Below are positions 1 through 9,276 of a stretch of DNA of 64,000 nucleotides, piece after piece (the first letter of the stretch is position 1; each line of letters starts with the position of its first letter). Source of the DNA: Victivallales bacterium (GTDB lineage Bacteria; Verrucomicrobiota; Lentisphaeria; Victivallales; UBA1829); assembly GCA_045592785.1 (NCBI GenBank), contig JAZNVL010000038.1, positions 9,836-73,835 on the forward strand. Direction: 5' to 3'. Made by a program: the position numbers and the translations under genes. Below the pieces are notes generated by a model that was given only the letters and a program-made list of their open reading frames with translations, had not been told where the DNA came from and did no database searches.

Positions 1-1
1 T

Positions 2-1450
2 GCCGGGTTCTCCCTGGGGCAGGCGGATATTCTCCGTCGCGCCATCGGGAAAAAGAAGATCAAAGATATGGAAGCGCAGCACGATAAGTTCGTTGCAGGC
101 TGTGCCGCCACCAATAATATCCCCGCCGAACAGGCGGAAAAAATCTGGGAAAACATCAAGAAGTTCGCCGACTACGGGTTCAATAAGTCCCACAGTGCGG
201 CGTACGCGATCATGTCTTACCGTACCGCGTACCTGAAAGCAAACTACCGTCCGGAATTCATGGCGGCGGTGCTGACCAGTGAATTGACCAACGCCTCGAA
301 ACTGGCGTTCCTGATCAACGAATGCCGTACCGCCGGGATCCCCATTCTGCCCCCGGACGTCAACACCAGTAAAGTCAACTTCACGGTGGATAAAGATGCC
401 ATCCGTTTCGGTCTGGGCGCGATCAAAGGGTTCGGGCAGGGCGTGTCGGAATCCATCATTGCGGCACAGAAGGACGGCCCCTTCAAGAGTGTGGCGGACC
501 TGATTGAGCGGACCGAAGGGATCAATGCCAAAGGACTGGAAGCGTTGATCCGGTGTGGTGCGCTGGATTCCACCGGGTTGAAACGGTCCCAGCTGCTTGC
601 CATCATCGATGACTCCATTCAGACCGCCAATGTGCGGAAACGGGATAAAGCCGCCGGACAGGGCAGTCTGTTCGATATGGTCCCGGAATTTGCGGAAAGT
701 TTTGCCAGTGTTCCCGTGCCGGACATCCCGGAACTGGATCAGTCGGAAATGCTTGCCGATGAAAAGAGTCTCCTCGGATTCTTCGTCAGCGGACATCCGC
801 TCTCCAAATACAAAAACGTCATTGACACGTTCTCCACGGCAACCGTTTCCGACGTGGTGCAGATGCCGGGGGATGTGGGCGTGAAACTGGGCGGGATGCT
901 CGCCGGAGTCGCCAAAAAGTATACCAAAGCAGACAACAAACCTTTTGCCGTGTTCCAGATGGAAGACCTGACCGGGGTGGTGGAATGTGTCTGTTACAAC
1001 AAGACGTTCGAAAAGTGCGGTATGTTTCTGGAGGAAGGCGCGCTTGTCTTTGTGGAAGCCATCACAAAACGGCAGGAGGAAAATGCGCCCGCCGCGCTCA
1101 TGGTGGAAAATGTCATCCTGCTTGCCAATACCATGGAACAGCACAGCGAACAGCTTCATATCCAGCTCCGGGAAGCCGATTTGCAGCCCGATACATTCCG
1201 TCGCATCGGTGTCGCCGTCCGCAACCATAAGGGGAATGTCCCTGTGGTCCTCTGTATTACGACAACGGACGGGAAAGCGGTGTTTATTGAGACCGCACAG
1301 CGGTTCAACGTGACCGTTACAGCCGGACTGGTGGACGAAATCGATTCCATCCTCGGGGAAGGCCATTACAAGATCAAACCGACAACCACGGTCCCGGCGG
1401 TCCGCCCCCGTTGGAACCGGGAAAACGCGAAAGGAAATGAAGCCTCATGA
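2..1450 (+). CDS. dnaE: DNA polymerase III alpha subunit, C-terminal part (5' end lies outside the window)
   Basis: The frame is open from the window edge. GFSLGQADILRRAIGKKK and FNKSHSAAYAIMSYRTAYLKANYRPEFMAAVLTSE match conserved DnaE blocks, followed by an OB-fold-like C-terminal tail. Confidence 0.93.
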   Translation, partial: AGFSLGQADILRRAIGKKKIKDMEAQHDKFVAGCAATNNIPAEQAEKIWENIKKFADYGFNKSHSAAYAIMSYRTAYLKANYRPEFMAAVLTSELTNASKLAFLINECRTAGIPILPPDVNTSKVNFTVDKDAIRFGLGAIKGFGQGVSESIIAAQKDGPFKSVADLIERTEGINAKGLEALIRCGALDSTGLKRSQLLAIIDDSIQTANVRKRDKAAGQGSLFDMVPEFAESFASVPVPDIPELDQSEMLADEKSLLGFFVSGHPLSKYKNVIDTFSTATVSDVVQMPGDVGVKLGGMLAGVAKKYTKADNKPFAVFQMEDLTGVVECVCYNKTFEKCGMFLEEGALVFVEAITKRQEENAPAALMVENVILLANTMEQHSEQLHIQLREADLQPDTFRRIGVAVRNHKGNVPVVLCITTTDGKAVFIETAQRFNVTVTAGLVDEIDSILGEGHYKIKPTTTVPAVRPRWNRENAKGNEAS

Positions 1451-2979
1451 GTTACCGGATCCTCTTTTTACTTCTGTTTGCTTTCAGTCTTTCTGTGTAT
1501 GGGCAGGCCCCCGCACCGCAGAAGAAAGCACCCCAGCCCCGGATCATTTCTTCGGAATATATCGTGCAGATCCTGGAAGACGGACTCAAACCCTACAAGA
1601 AGCATGACATTCAGATCGATGTGGTGGAAGACCCGTTGATCGTGCGCAAGCCGTTGCCGGTCTGCCATATCATTTTTGTGCGGGATCACTCCTGGAAAGA
1701 AAAGATCCAGCCGAAGGAAAACAAAGCCATGCAGCAGGCGCCGGGGAATCAGCCGAAACCCACCGTCCGTACACGGAAAGGACGGGAATATGCGGATATT
1801 GTGATCATTCCGAAAGATTCCTCTTATGAGTTGAAAAATGCACTCCGTTTTGCGGGGGAGGAAAAAGCGGTCAGCGGTCCGTTGGAAACGATCGTGTATA
1901 AGCAGTTCGGGCTGACCTGGCGCCGGTCGCAGTCACCCTACAATCAGTACACGCTTTATCTCGGGGAAGATGACAACAACCTGTATTTCGGCAGTGCCAA
2001 TCTTTCTGTTCTGATCTGGTTCCGCCGTACCTTTTCCCTGCGGAACGGGATCCCTGCATCCACGGAAGTTCTTGCGGATGCGTTCAATACGCGTGACCAT
2101 GAAGACTTTACGTCCCACTACGCCATCGTGGAACTCTCGAAATACGGGAATAAAGCATTACCGGATTTGAAGCGGTCCGTTGCGGATGCGCTGGAACTGG
2201 ATGCTCCGCCGTATTCCCATTTTCTCTGCATGAAGATCATCGGTACGCCGGAATCGGATCAGCTGCTCAATGAGTATGCACGGTCCAATGACCCCGTATT
2301 GCTCACCGGACTCTTTCAGGCGTTTGCCGATTTCAATGCCATCAATATCCGGCAGAAACCTCTGTTCATCCGCATGGTGGAGACCCGGCTTGCCCCGGCA
2401 GTTGCCATGCACGCAGGCACGATCCTGGGATTTGCCAAAGATCTGCTTCCTTACTTCCGGGAATATGTGGCGAAACCGTATCGGGTCGAAGATTATATGA
2501 TGGGTGTCCGTGCGGTATTCATTCTGCAGAATCCGGCGGCGCGTACGCCTCACGAGGATGCCGTCCGCCAGATCAAAGATATGCTTTTGCGCAGCGGGGA
2601 AGTTGCCGGCACGCTTACGGTGTACGATATGAATGAATCCACCCGGGTGCGCGAGGACCGTTTATCCCAACAGGATGCCCAACGGATCAAACCCTATACC
2701 GATGCCATTGTGAACAGTCCTTATACGGATTTGAGCGTGCTTTCCGCGCTGGATCTGGCGATGTTTACGCCAGCAAAAGAAGATGGCTTCGCACCGTCTT
2801 ATGTCCGCCGTGTCCGCAGGGCAGGGGCGGATCTTCTCCAACGTTTGCCCCAGGCAAAAGTCAAAAGCGCATTCCGTTCCCTGTTGCATTATGTGAAAGA
2901 CAATAAAGAACACGCGATCGTGGATGATGCGTACAGCCTTTATGTCAAAGCCGGGCGCGCGGTGGCGAATCCGTATTGA
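1447..2979 (+). CDS. hypothetical secreted protein (510 aa)
   Basis: Its ATG overlaps the dnaE TGA (ATGA at 1447-1450). It has an N-terminal signal-peptide-like segment, MSYRILFLLLFAFSLSVYGQ. No family recognised. Confidence 0.7.
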   Translation: MSYRILFLLLFAFSLSVYGQAPAPQKKAPQPRIISSEYIVQILEDGLKPYKKHDIQIDVVEDPLIVRKPLPVCHIIFVRDHSWKEKIQPKENKAMQQAPGNQPKPTVRTRKGREYADIVIIPKDSSYELKNALRFAGEEKAVSGPLETIVYKQFGLTWRRSQSPYNQYTLYLGEDDNNLYFGSANLSVLIWFRRTFSLRNGIPASTEVLADAFNTRDHEDFTSHYAIVELSKYGNKALPDLKRSVADALELDAPPYSHFLCMKIIGTPESDQLLNEYARSNDPVLLTGLFQAFADFNAINIRQKPLFIRMVETRLAPAVAMHAGTILGFAKDLLPYFREYVAKPYRVEDYMMGVRAVFILQNPAARTPHEDAVRQIKDMLLRSGEVAGTLTVYDMNESTRVREDRLSQQDAQRIKPYTDAIVNSPYTDLSVLSALDLAMFTPAKEDGFAPSYVRRVRRAGADLLQRLPQAKVKSAFRSLLHYVKDNKEHAIVDDAYSLYVKAGRAVANPY

Positions 2980-2980
2980 T

Positions 2981-4813
2981 TCAACCGTTTTTCCGCGGGA
3001 ATATGTCCCGGAACCGCGGGGCCGTTTTGTAGGCGATAGGGATCAGGAATTTCACCAGTGCAGCCACGGGGACCGCAATGATCATCCCGATGATCCCTGC
3101 CACCGCGCCACCCAGGAGTACCACAATGATCGTTTCCATCGTGGTCAATCCGATGGCTTCCCCCACGAATGACGGGTAAAGGATGATCTGCTCCAGGATC
3201 CCGTTGATGATGAAGAACGCCAGGACCACCCCGGTAAGCGGGACGATCACTTGTGGCGCAAAAGCCAGAGTGACCGCAGTCGTTATCGTGAATGTGATAA
3301 CCGGGCCCAGGAAGGGAAGCAGAATATTGCATCCGGCGAGCATTGCCAGAGGAATGGCATAGGGTACATTGAATAATGTGAAGAAGACAGAGTACAGTGC
3401 AAATTCAATGGCGAAGATCCAGAAATAGCCGCGCAGCCAGCGGTCGAACATGGTACAGATCCGGTCAATGATCTCGGATGCCGATTGCCGTGTCTCCTCA
3501 TCGGTCGCCGGGAACCAGCCGGAATTATAAATGGTGCCGATCATCCAGGTACCGACGCTCCGTTCCGTATTCCGGTTGACGTCATTTGTATAAAATGCCA
3601 TTTGCTGTAAAAAGACAAAGAAGAAGAAAATGCAAAGGAGCAGATCCATCAGGAATGTTCCCAGGGACCCGACAAGAGACAGAAGAAAACCCAGAACATC
3701 CCCGCTCGCAGAGAACGTGGAATGGAGCAAATCAGTGGCTTGCCCTGCCAGATTTTCTTCCAGCCACAAACGCAGTTTCTGACGGAAAGGAAGATCGCTT
3801 GCATTTATTTTTTCCGGGAGTTGCTTTTTTGCAGCAATCGTTGTGTCCCGTTGTTCTTCCGGGACTTCATTTTGTTTATCCATCATGCGGGTGATTTGTT
3901 CGTTCGCCTTCGACATGATCTCATTCCGTTCCGCCCAGGATGCAATGTTTTTTCCCGTGCGCATCGCGAATGGTGTCAGGATCAATACGGCAAGTATGCA
4001 GATCCCGATGACGGCAGCCAGCAGTGAACAAACAGTCAATCCGGCACTTTTTGCTGCCAGCGTACTCCGTTTCTGTTCCGGAGTGGCAACCGCGGCATCT
4101 TGTTTTTTACCTGTAAAGAAATCCCGGAGACGGAAAAACGGGCGGAAGGGCAGAAGGAAAAACCATTCCAGTTTCTGATAGATCCGGGTCCCGAAAATCC
4201 GTTTTTCAAAGAATCGTTCCAATGGCAGAAAAAGATAGGCAAGCAGGAATCCGAAGAACACCGTTTTCAAATACAATGCCGCAAAAACGAACAGGAGCAG
4301 CACAAGAAGAGCAGCGATCAATCCGGCACCGGAATTCAACCGTTTCGCTTTGTTTTTACGCCGTTCTTCTTCTTCTGTCAGGATCTTTTCGGTCTCCTCT
4401 GTGGAAAGTCCCATCGCCGCACATAACGTTTTCCATTCGGAACAGATTTCCGGGGTCAATGTTTGATGCAGGGGAATCAGATCAAGAAGAAAACTCCCGC
4501 TTTCCCGTTTTTGGGTGGGTGAAAGCGTGGATAAGGATTTGATGTGTTCCAGTGCCCGTGTGGGATCTTGTACACTGTTCAGGATCTCCGGCAGACCGGC
4601 GGAATCCGTCACGCTGGAAAGCAGCGGAACAAAACCGCCGGATTCGATCCCATTCCCTGCGCTTAAATACACCATGCGCATGGCGGGATACAGAAAATCC
4701 TTCTGTGGAACAGCCGGATGCTCCGCAAGAAAACGAACGATCCGTTTTCCGCTTTCCGGCGTTTTCCTGCCGGGAAGAAGATCATACAGCATCCCGCTGA
4801 ACGTCATGATCAT
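2981..4813 (-). CDS. AI-2E family (PerM/UPF0118-type) transporter with a ~230-aa N-terminal soluble extension
   Basis: The C-terminal half is multi-TM and has the typical AI-2E tail ILEQIILYPSFVGEAIGLTTMETIIVVLLGGAVAGIIGMIIAVPVAALVKF. The start overlaps the purM stop by 4 nt. Confidence 0.8.
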   Translation of the reverse strand: MIMTFSGMLYDLLPGRKTPESGKRIVRFLAEHPAVPQKDFLYPAMRMVYLSAGNGIESGGFVPLLSSVTDSAGLPEILNSVQDPTRALEHIKSLSTLSPTQKRESGSFLLDLIPLHQTLTPEICSEWKTLCAAMGLSTEETEKILTEEEERRKNKAKRLNSGAGLIAALLVLLLFVFAALYLKTVFFGFLLAYLFLPLERFFEKRIFGTRIYQKLEWFFLLPFRPFFRLRDFFTGKKQDAAVATPEQKRSTLAAKSAGLTVCSLLAAVIGICILAVLILTPFAMRTGKNIASWAERNEIMSKANEQITRMMDKQNEVPEEQRDTTIAAKKQLPEKINASDLPFRQKLRLWLEENLAGQATDLLHSTFSASGDVLGFLLSLVGSLGTFLMDLLLCIFFFFVFLQQMAFYTNDVNRNTERSVGTWMIGTIYNSGWFPATDEETRQSASEIIDRICTMFDRWLRGYFWIFAIEFALYSVFFTLFNVPYAIPLAMLAGCNILLPFLGPVITFTITTAVTLAFAPQVIVPLTGVVLAFFIINGILEQIILYPSFVGEAIGLTTMETIIVVLLGGAVAGIIGMIIAVPVAALVKFLIPIAYKTAPRFRDIFPRKNG

Positions 4814-5853
4814 ACAACCAGACTTTTGTGTTCGCCGGCGGTGATTTCACCGAAGACGAATGCACGGAATCCGGTTTCCTGACAGATATCCAACGCCTGG
4901 GTGACTTCCGCTTCCGGCACGAACCAGACCATACCCACACCCATGTTGAACACACGGTATGCTTCGCTGTCCGGCACATTGCCTTCTTCCACGATCAGGC
5001 GGAAGATCGGCGGAACGTAAGGAATATCTTTCTTGCGGAAGACTGCATTGACATCTTTCGGGAGGATACGCGGGACGTTATCGAAGAGGCCGCCGCCGGT
5101 GATGTGTGCGATCCCATCCAGGCTCAAACCGGCATCCATTGCCGCACGGATCGCTTTCCGGTAGCAGACATGGGGTTTGAGCAGAGCTTCCCCGATGGTC
5201 AGACCATCCAGTTCTTTGAGTTCGGTATCCACGCTGAATCCGCGCTGCTGGAACAGCACACGCCGCGCCAGACTGAATCCGTTGGTATGAAGTCCGTTGG
5301 AGGAAAGCCCGATGGCAACGTGTCCGGGACGGATCTTTTCCCCTGTGATGAGTTTGGATTTTTCCACCACGCCGGTGATCACGCCCACCAGGTCAAAGTC
5401 ATTGCCGTACATGCCGGGCATTTCCGCCGTTTCGCCGCCGAGCAGTGCGCAGTTTTCGGCTTTACAGGCTTCGGCGATACCGGTCAGCACTTCTTCGTAC
5501 AGCGGGGAACGCAGTTTGCCGATCCCCAGATAGTCCAGGAAGTAAATGGGTTCCGCACCCTGCACACCGATATCGTTGATACAGTGGTTGACGATGTCGT
5601 GTCCCACGGTATCGTATTTCTGCATCAAAGCGGCAACCATGAGTTTCGTGCCGACACCGTCGATACTGGAAACCAGAACCGGTTCCTTGTATTTGGAGAG
5701 ATCCATCTGGAACAACCCGCCGAATCCGCCGATCGGTGCAAGCATTTCCGGGCGTCTTGCCCCTGCCAGACATGGTTTCACCCGTGAAAGAAGTTCTGTC
5801 GCCAGATCGATGTCCACACCTGCTGCTTTGTAACTGGATTGCTCTTTGTTCAT
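4810..5853 (-). CDS. purM: phosphoribosylformylglycinamidine cyclo-ligase (AIR synthetase)
   Basis: SYKAAGVDID, IGGFGGLF and SSIDGVGTKL motifs. The start was moved to ATG 5853 (MNKEQSSYKAAGVD), which is preceded by AGGAAAAGGA. The ORF-track start at 5916 adds a non-homologous extension. Confidence 0.93.
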   Translation of the reverse strand: MNKEQSSYKAAGVDIDLATELLSRVKPCLAGARRPEMLAPIGGFGGLFQMDLSKYKEPVLVSSIDGVGTKLMVAALMQKYDTVGHDIVNHCINDIGVQGAEPIYFLDYLGIGKLRSPLYEEVLTGIAEACKAENCALLGGETAEMPGMYGNDFDLVGVITGVVEKSKLITGEKIRPGHVAIGLSSNGLHTNGFSLARRVLFQQRGFSVDTELKELDGLTIGEALLKPHVCYRKAIRAAMDAGLSLDGIAHITGGGLFDNVPRILPKDVNAVFRKKDIPYVPPIFRLIVEEGNVPDSEAYRVFNMGVGMVWFVPEAEVTQALDICQETGFRAFVFGEITAGEHKSLVV

Positions 5854-5987
5854 AATTGGATCCTTTTCCTTGCAATGTTTTATTTGTTTTTCTGTCTTAT
5901 ACCCGTAATATAGCATAAACTCTCATTCTTGCAAATTTTTTTTGCGTTTTGTTCTGGTATTTTCTGCAAATGAATGTATATTATAGC

Positions 5988-6337
5988 GCGGACCGCAGCG
6001 GACGGCCGCCTCGGAGCATGTCTCCGGGGAGGAAAGTCCGGACTCCACAGGGCGGGAAGTCCTCCTCACGGAGGATATCTGCACGAAAAGTGCAGGGAAG
6101 GATAGCGCAACAGAAAGCATACCGCCGAAGCAATTCGGTAAGGGTGAAATGGCGGTGTAAGAGACCACCGGAGCGGAATGAAAGTTCCGCTGCCTGGCAA
6201 GCCCCTTCCGGAGCAAGGCCAAATAGGGGATGATGTCGTTGCCCGCGGCGTTCGAATCCCGGGTTTTGGCCGCATCAGACAGATGGTCGTCACCCTGCAA
6301 AGGGTACAGAATCCGGCTTACAGCTGCGGTCCGCATT
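5988..6337 (+). ncRNA. rnpB: RNase P RNA, bacterial type A
   Basis: Conserved GGGGAGGAAAGTCCGGACTCCACAGGGC near the 5' end and ACAGAATCCGGCTTAC near the 3' end. A perfect 12-bp P1 pairing joins GCGGACCGCAGC (5988-5999) to GCTGCGGTCCGC (6323-6334). Length is about 350 nt. Confidence 0.92.
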
Positions 6338-6347
6338 CCTTATTTTC

Positions 6348-6897
6348 TCACCCGAAAAGATGACACACGTTCTCCACCGTGATCTTGCGGAGTGTTTCCT
6401 CCGTGACGCCAAGCGTTCGCATTTCCGGCAGGACCCGGCTGTGTACCGCATCCAGACCGTACGGTTCCCCTTGCGATACGGATTCCAACACATTGTCGCG
6501 GCAGCATATATGGTCATGACTCAAGAAAATGCGATCCGCGCAGCCTGCTTTGACCAGTTCTGTCGCGAATGTTGCATTGTGCGGCGCGATCCGGTCAACC
6601 GCGACATAACAGCCCGTCTTCAACAGGGTCAGTGCGTAACTGGTGTCGTTGGCATCTCCCACATGTCCGATCACGCATTTCTCCGGCGGAACACCGGAGG
6701 ATATCCGGCTTGTCAGCTCGGAACGGCACCGGATCTCCCGTTATTGTATTCCATCCCGGACGGCGATCTCCCAGGACTGCGCGAAGATCGCGGAATCGGT
6801 GGTGCAGCAGTTGGAACGGATGAACGACGATGACCTTTCATCTGCGGAAGTTGTCCTGCCGTATTCCCTCATTGTCCGTGACAGTTCCTGACGAACC
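6348..6897 (-). pseudogene. phosphotriesterase-family (Php/PTE-like amidohydrolase) remnant, 5'-truncated with an in-frame stop
   Basis: The C-terminal 108-aa ORF (VIGHVGDAND...RIFLSHDH...TVENVCHLFG) aligns by eye to the C-terminus of Php-type proteins. The same frame continues upstream (VRQELSRTMREY...SSFIRSNCCTT...AIFAQSWEIAVRDGIQ) but is broken by TAA at 6741-6743. The N-terminal ~110 aa, including the HxH metal site, are absent because the neighbouring gene ends at 6904. Confidence 0.6.
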
Positions 6898-6903
6898 GTT
6901 TTT

Positions 6904-8493
6904 TTACTCGCCCAGCGCGTCGCTGATCCGGTCGGAAAGTTCTTCCCATGCACCTTCCAGATCGTCGATACGCATTTCCAGCTGATCCAGTTCTTCATCC
7001 TCTTCGGGCAGGGGGCCTTCCACACTCAACAGAGAGAGTGTATCACTGACATTCCGGTGGAACGCTGCCAGCGGATGAGCCAGATTCCGGGGTACATCAT
7101 TCTTGAAATGCTGAAGCAGGCGCAGGGAATAGTCCACCCGCTGTTCGCACAAATCCAGCAGACGTCTGCGGTAGGGTTCTTTTTCCCCTTCGAATGTGGG
7201 GTTGAAGTATTCCGTTGAGATTTCCCAGTCGTCTTCCAGATAATTGAGGAATGCAGCTTCCTGCGCTTCATCCGCAAAGGTGATCCCCAGCAGAGAATAG
7301 ATCCGGTCCCGGAAGTCTGCAAAGTTTTCCATCCCGTTGGCGATGGCATCCAGCACGAACGCGTGGACTTCCACCGGGTCGTACGGTGCGTTCCGTTCGA
7401 CAAGGATGGCATCCAGGGAGTCCAGCGTGCCGGAGGATGCAGAGAACTGATCCGGTTTGATATCGGTTTCTGCGGCTTCCACTTTTTCGGCTTCTTTTTC
7501 GCCGCAGTGACAGTCGGCATCGTGATGATGATGATGGTGATGTTCCTGCTCAGTGTCGTTATGCGCCGGTTCCACGGGAGCCATACCCGGTTCCGAAACA
7601 TCATCGGCGGAAACGAGCGTCCAGTCCGGTCCATCGTGCCGGATCGCGATTTCCAACATGTTGTGATGATATTCATCCAGAGAGAAATCGGGAGTGAACC
7701 GCAGGTCTTCGTTTTGACGGAATGCTTTGAGGAATGCGAAAGAGATCTGCTGTGGAATATCAATGGGATCGCGCTTATCATCGCAAACAGCCAGGAGAGC
7801 ATGTTCCAACTGCTGGATATAACGTTCCCGTTTTTCTTTTCCGGGGGCATCCGCGGCTTTTTCGTATGCCAGATCAAACTCTGCATTTTCCCAGTCGATC
7901 ACGGTCATGATGATGGCATCGCCCTGCTGGAACTGGTGTTCGCGGTAAAATCCGGTCATGTCATACGCCGTGATCTCCATCATTTCCCGTTCCACATTCC
8001 GTGAGGACCGCAGGATCCGGTAATTGGCATCGGATTCCGCGCAGAGATAATCCAGCAGTCCGGATTTCCCCAGGAGAATGGATGCCGGTGCGAGATCGGC
8101 GTACCGCATTTTTGTGGAGAGGACTTTACAGGGCTTTCCATCGGCAGTGACGGTATATTCATCGGGGAAAAGTTCCTGTGAGCAGAACGGTTCGAACCGT
8201 GCGCCGGGCAGGAGCAGATTCTGTTCCAGTTCCGCTCTGCCGGGAATGATCCGCAGTTTGGTATTGCGGAAGAAAGCGGCTTTGGGATATGCCATTTCAT
8301 CATCCATGAAGAAACGGTCATCACCGGCAAGGATGAGTTCCGCTTCCTTGGCGACACGTTCCTTTGCATCGGGATCGGCTTTCAGCCGTGCGATGACATT
8401 GTTGACATATCCGGCAACGGGGAACGGTTCGGTAAGGAATGAGGGCAGTACTTCTTCGACTGCCCGCTCGATTTGTGAGGAGGAAATGAACAT
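6904..8493 (-). CDS. hypothetical acidic protein (529 aa) with an internal H7-DADCHC tract
   Basis: Long ORF with a CAGGAG RBS, lying 21 nt downstream of truB on the same strand. It contains EQEHHHHHHHDADCHCGEKE (His codons at 7522-7542). No family recognised. Confidence 0.75.
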   Translation of the reverse strand: MFISSSQIERAVEEVLPSFLTEPFPVAGYVNNVIARLKADPDAKERVAKEAELILAGDDRFFMDDEMAYPKAAFFRNTKLRIIPGRAELEQNLLLPGARFEPFCSQELFPDEYTVTADGKPCKVLSTKMRYADLAPASILLGKSGLLDYLCAESDANYRILRSSRNVEREMMEITAYDMTGFYREHQFQQGDAIIMTVIDWENAEFDLAYEKAADAPGKEKRERYIQQLEHALLAVCDDKRDPIDIPQQISFAFLKAFRQNEDLRFTPDFSLDEYHHNMLEIAIRHDGPDWTLVSADDVSEPGMAPVEPAHNDTEQEHHHHHHHDADCHCGEKEAEKVEAAETDIKPDQFSASSGTLDSLDAILVERNAPYDPVEVHAFVLDAIANGMENFADFRDRIYSLLGITFADEAQEAAFLNYLEDDWEISTEYFNPTFEGEKEPYRRRLLDLCEQRVDYSLRLLQHFKNDVPRNLAHPLAAFHRNVSDTLSLLSVEGPLPEEDEELDQLEMRIDDLEGAWEELSDRISDALGE

Positions 8494-8514
8494 AAGACAA
8501 CGACTCCTGTAAGG

Positions 8515-9276
8515 TCAGAAAGAAGCAAAACGCTGCATTTTGGAAAGACGGTTGAAAAGGAAATCATCCATGTGACGTGCCAGATCTTCCTGGGTCCAGT
8601 TTTTGATGTCCTCCACCGAATGGGCATCCGCCAGCGAGAATTCACCGGACCGTTCCCGGTTCAAACGGAAAAGCACAGCTCCGCAGCCCAGTTTCCGGCC
8701 CACATCACTGCAAAGGGTACGGATATACGTTCCCTTGGAACATTTGACTTCGAAATCGGCTTTGGGCAGTTCGGCAGCGGTTACTTTGGCATAATGGATC
8801 GTGATTTCTTTGGGTTCCCGGTCCACTTCGATCCCCTGACGTGCCAGTTTATAAAGACGTTCCCCATCCTTCTTCACAGCGGAGACCATGGGCGGGGTTT
8901 GCAGAATATCGCCTTCGAAAGAAGCAAAAGCCTCTTTGAGCATTTCTTCACTGACATGAGACCAGTCGGCGGTGCGGGTGACTTCGCCATCCATATCCTG
9001 GGAATCGGTTTCCGTCCCCAGCAGAATGGTCCCCGTATAGATCTTGTCTTCACCCGAAAACTTCTGACTGAGTTTGGTGAATTTTCCGAATACGATGACC
9101 AGCAATCCGGTGGCGGCGGGGTCAAGGGTCCCGCAATGCCCCACCTTGACGGCATTGAATCTTGCACGCATGAAGGAGACGACGTCATGGCTGGTCCATT
9201 CTGCCGGTTTATCCACCAGGAGGATGCCGTTTTTTTCGAATTTCGGGAGTCTGTGTTTATTGGGGTTGTGTCTCAT
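8515..9276 (-). CDS. truB: tRNA pseudouridine(55) synthase
   Basis: GILLVDKPAEWTSHDVV and the catalytic block GHCGTLDPAATGLL. The start was set at ATG 9276 (MRHNPNK...), which overlaps the nrnA 3' end by 20 nt. Confidence 0.9.
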   Translation of the reverse strand: MRHNPNKHRLPKFEKNGILLVDKPAEWTSHDVVSFMRARFNAVKVGHCGTLDPAATGLLVIVFGKFTKLSQKFSGEDKIYTGTILLGTETDSQDMDGEVTRTADWSHVSEEMLKEAFASFEGDILQTPPMVSAVKKDGERLYKLARQGIEVDREPKEITIHYAKVTAAELPKADFEVKCSKGTYIRTLCSDVGRKLGCGAVLFRLNRERSGEFSLADAHSVEDIKNWTQEDLARHMDDFLFNRLSKMQRFASF

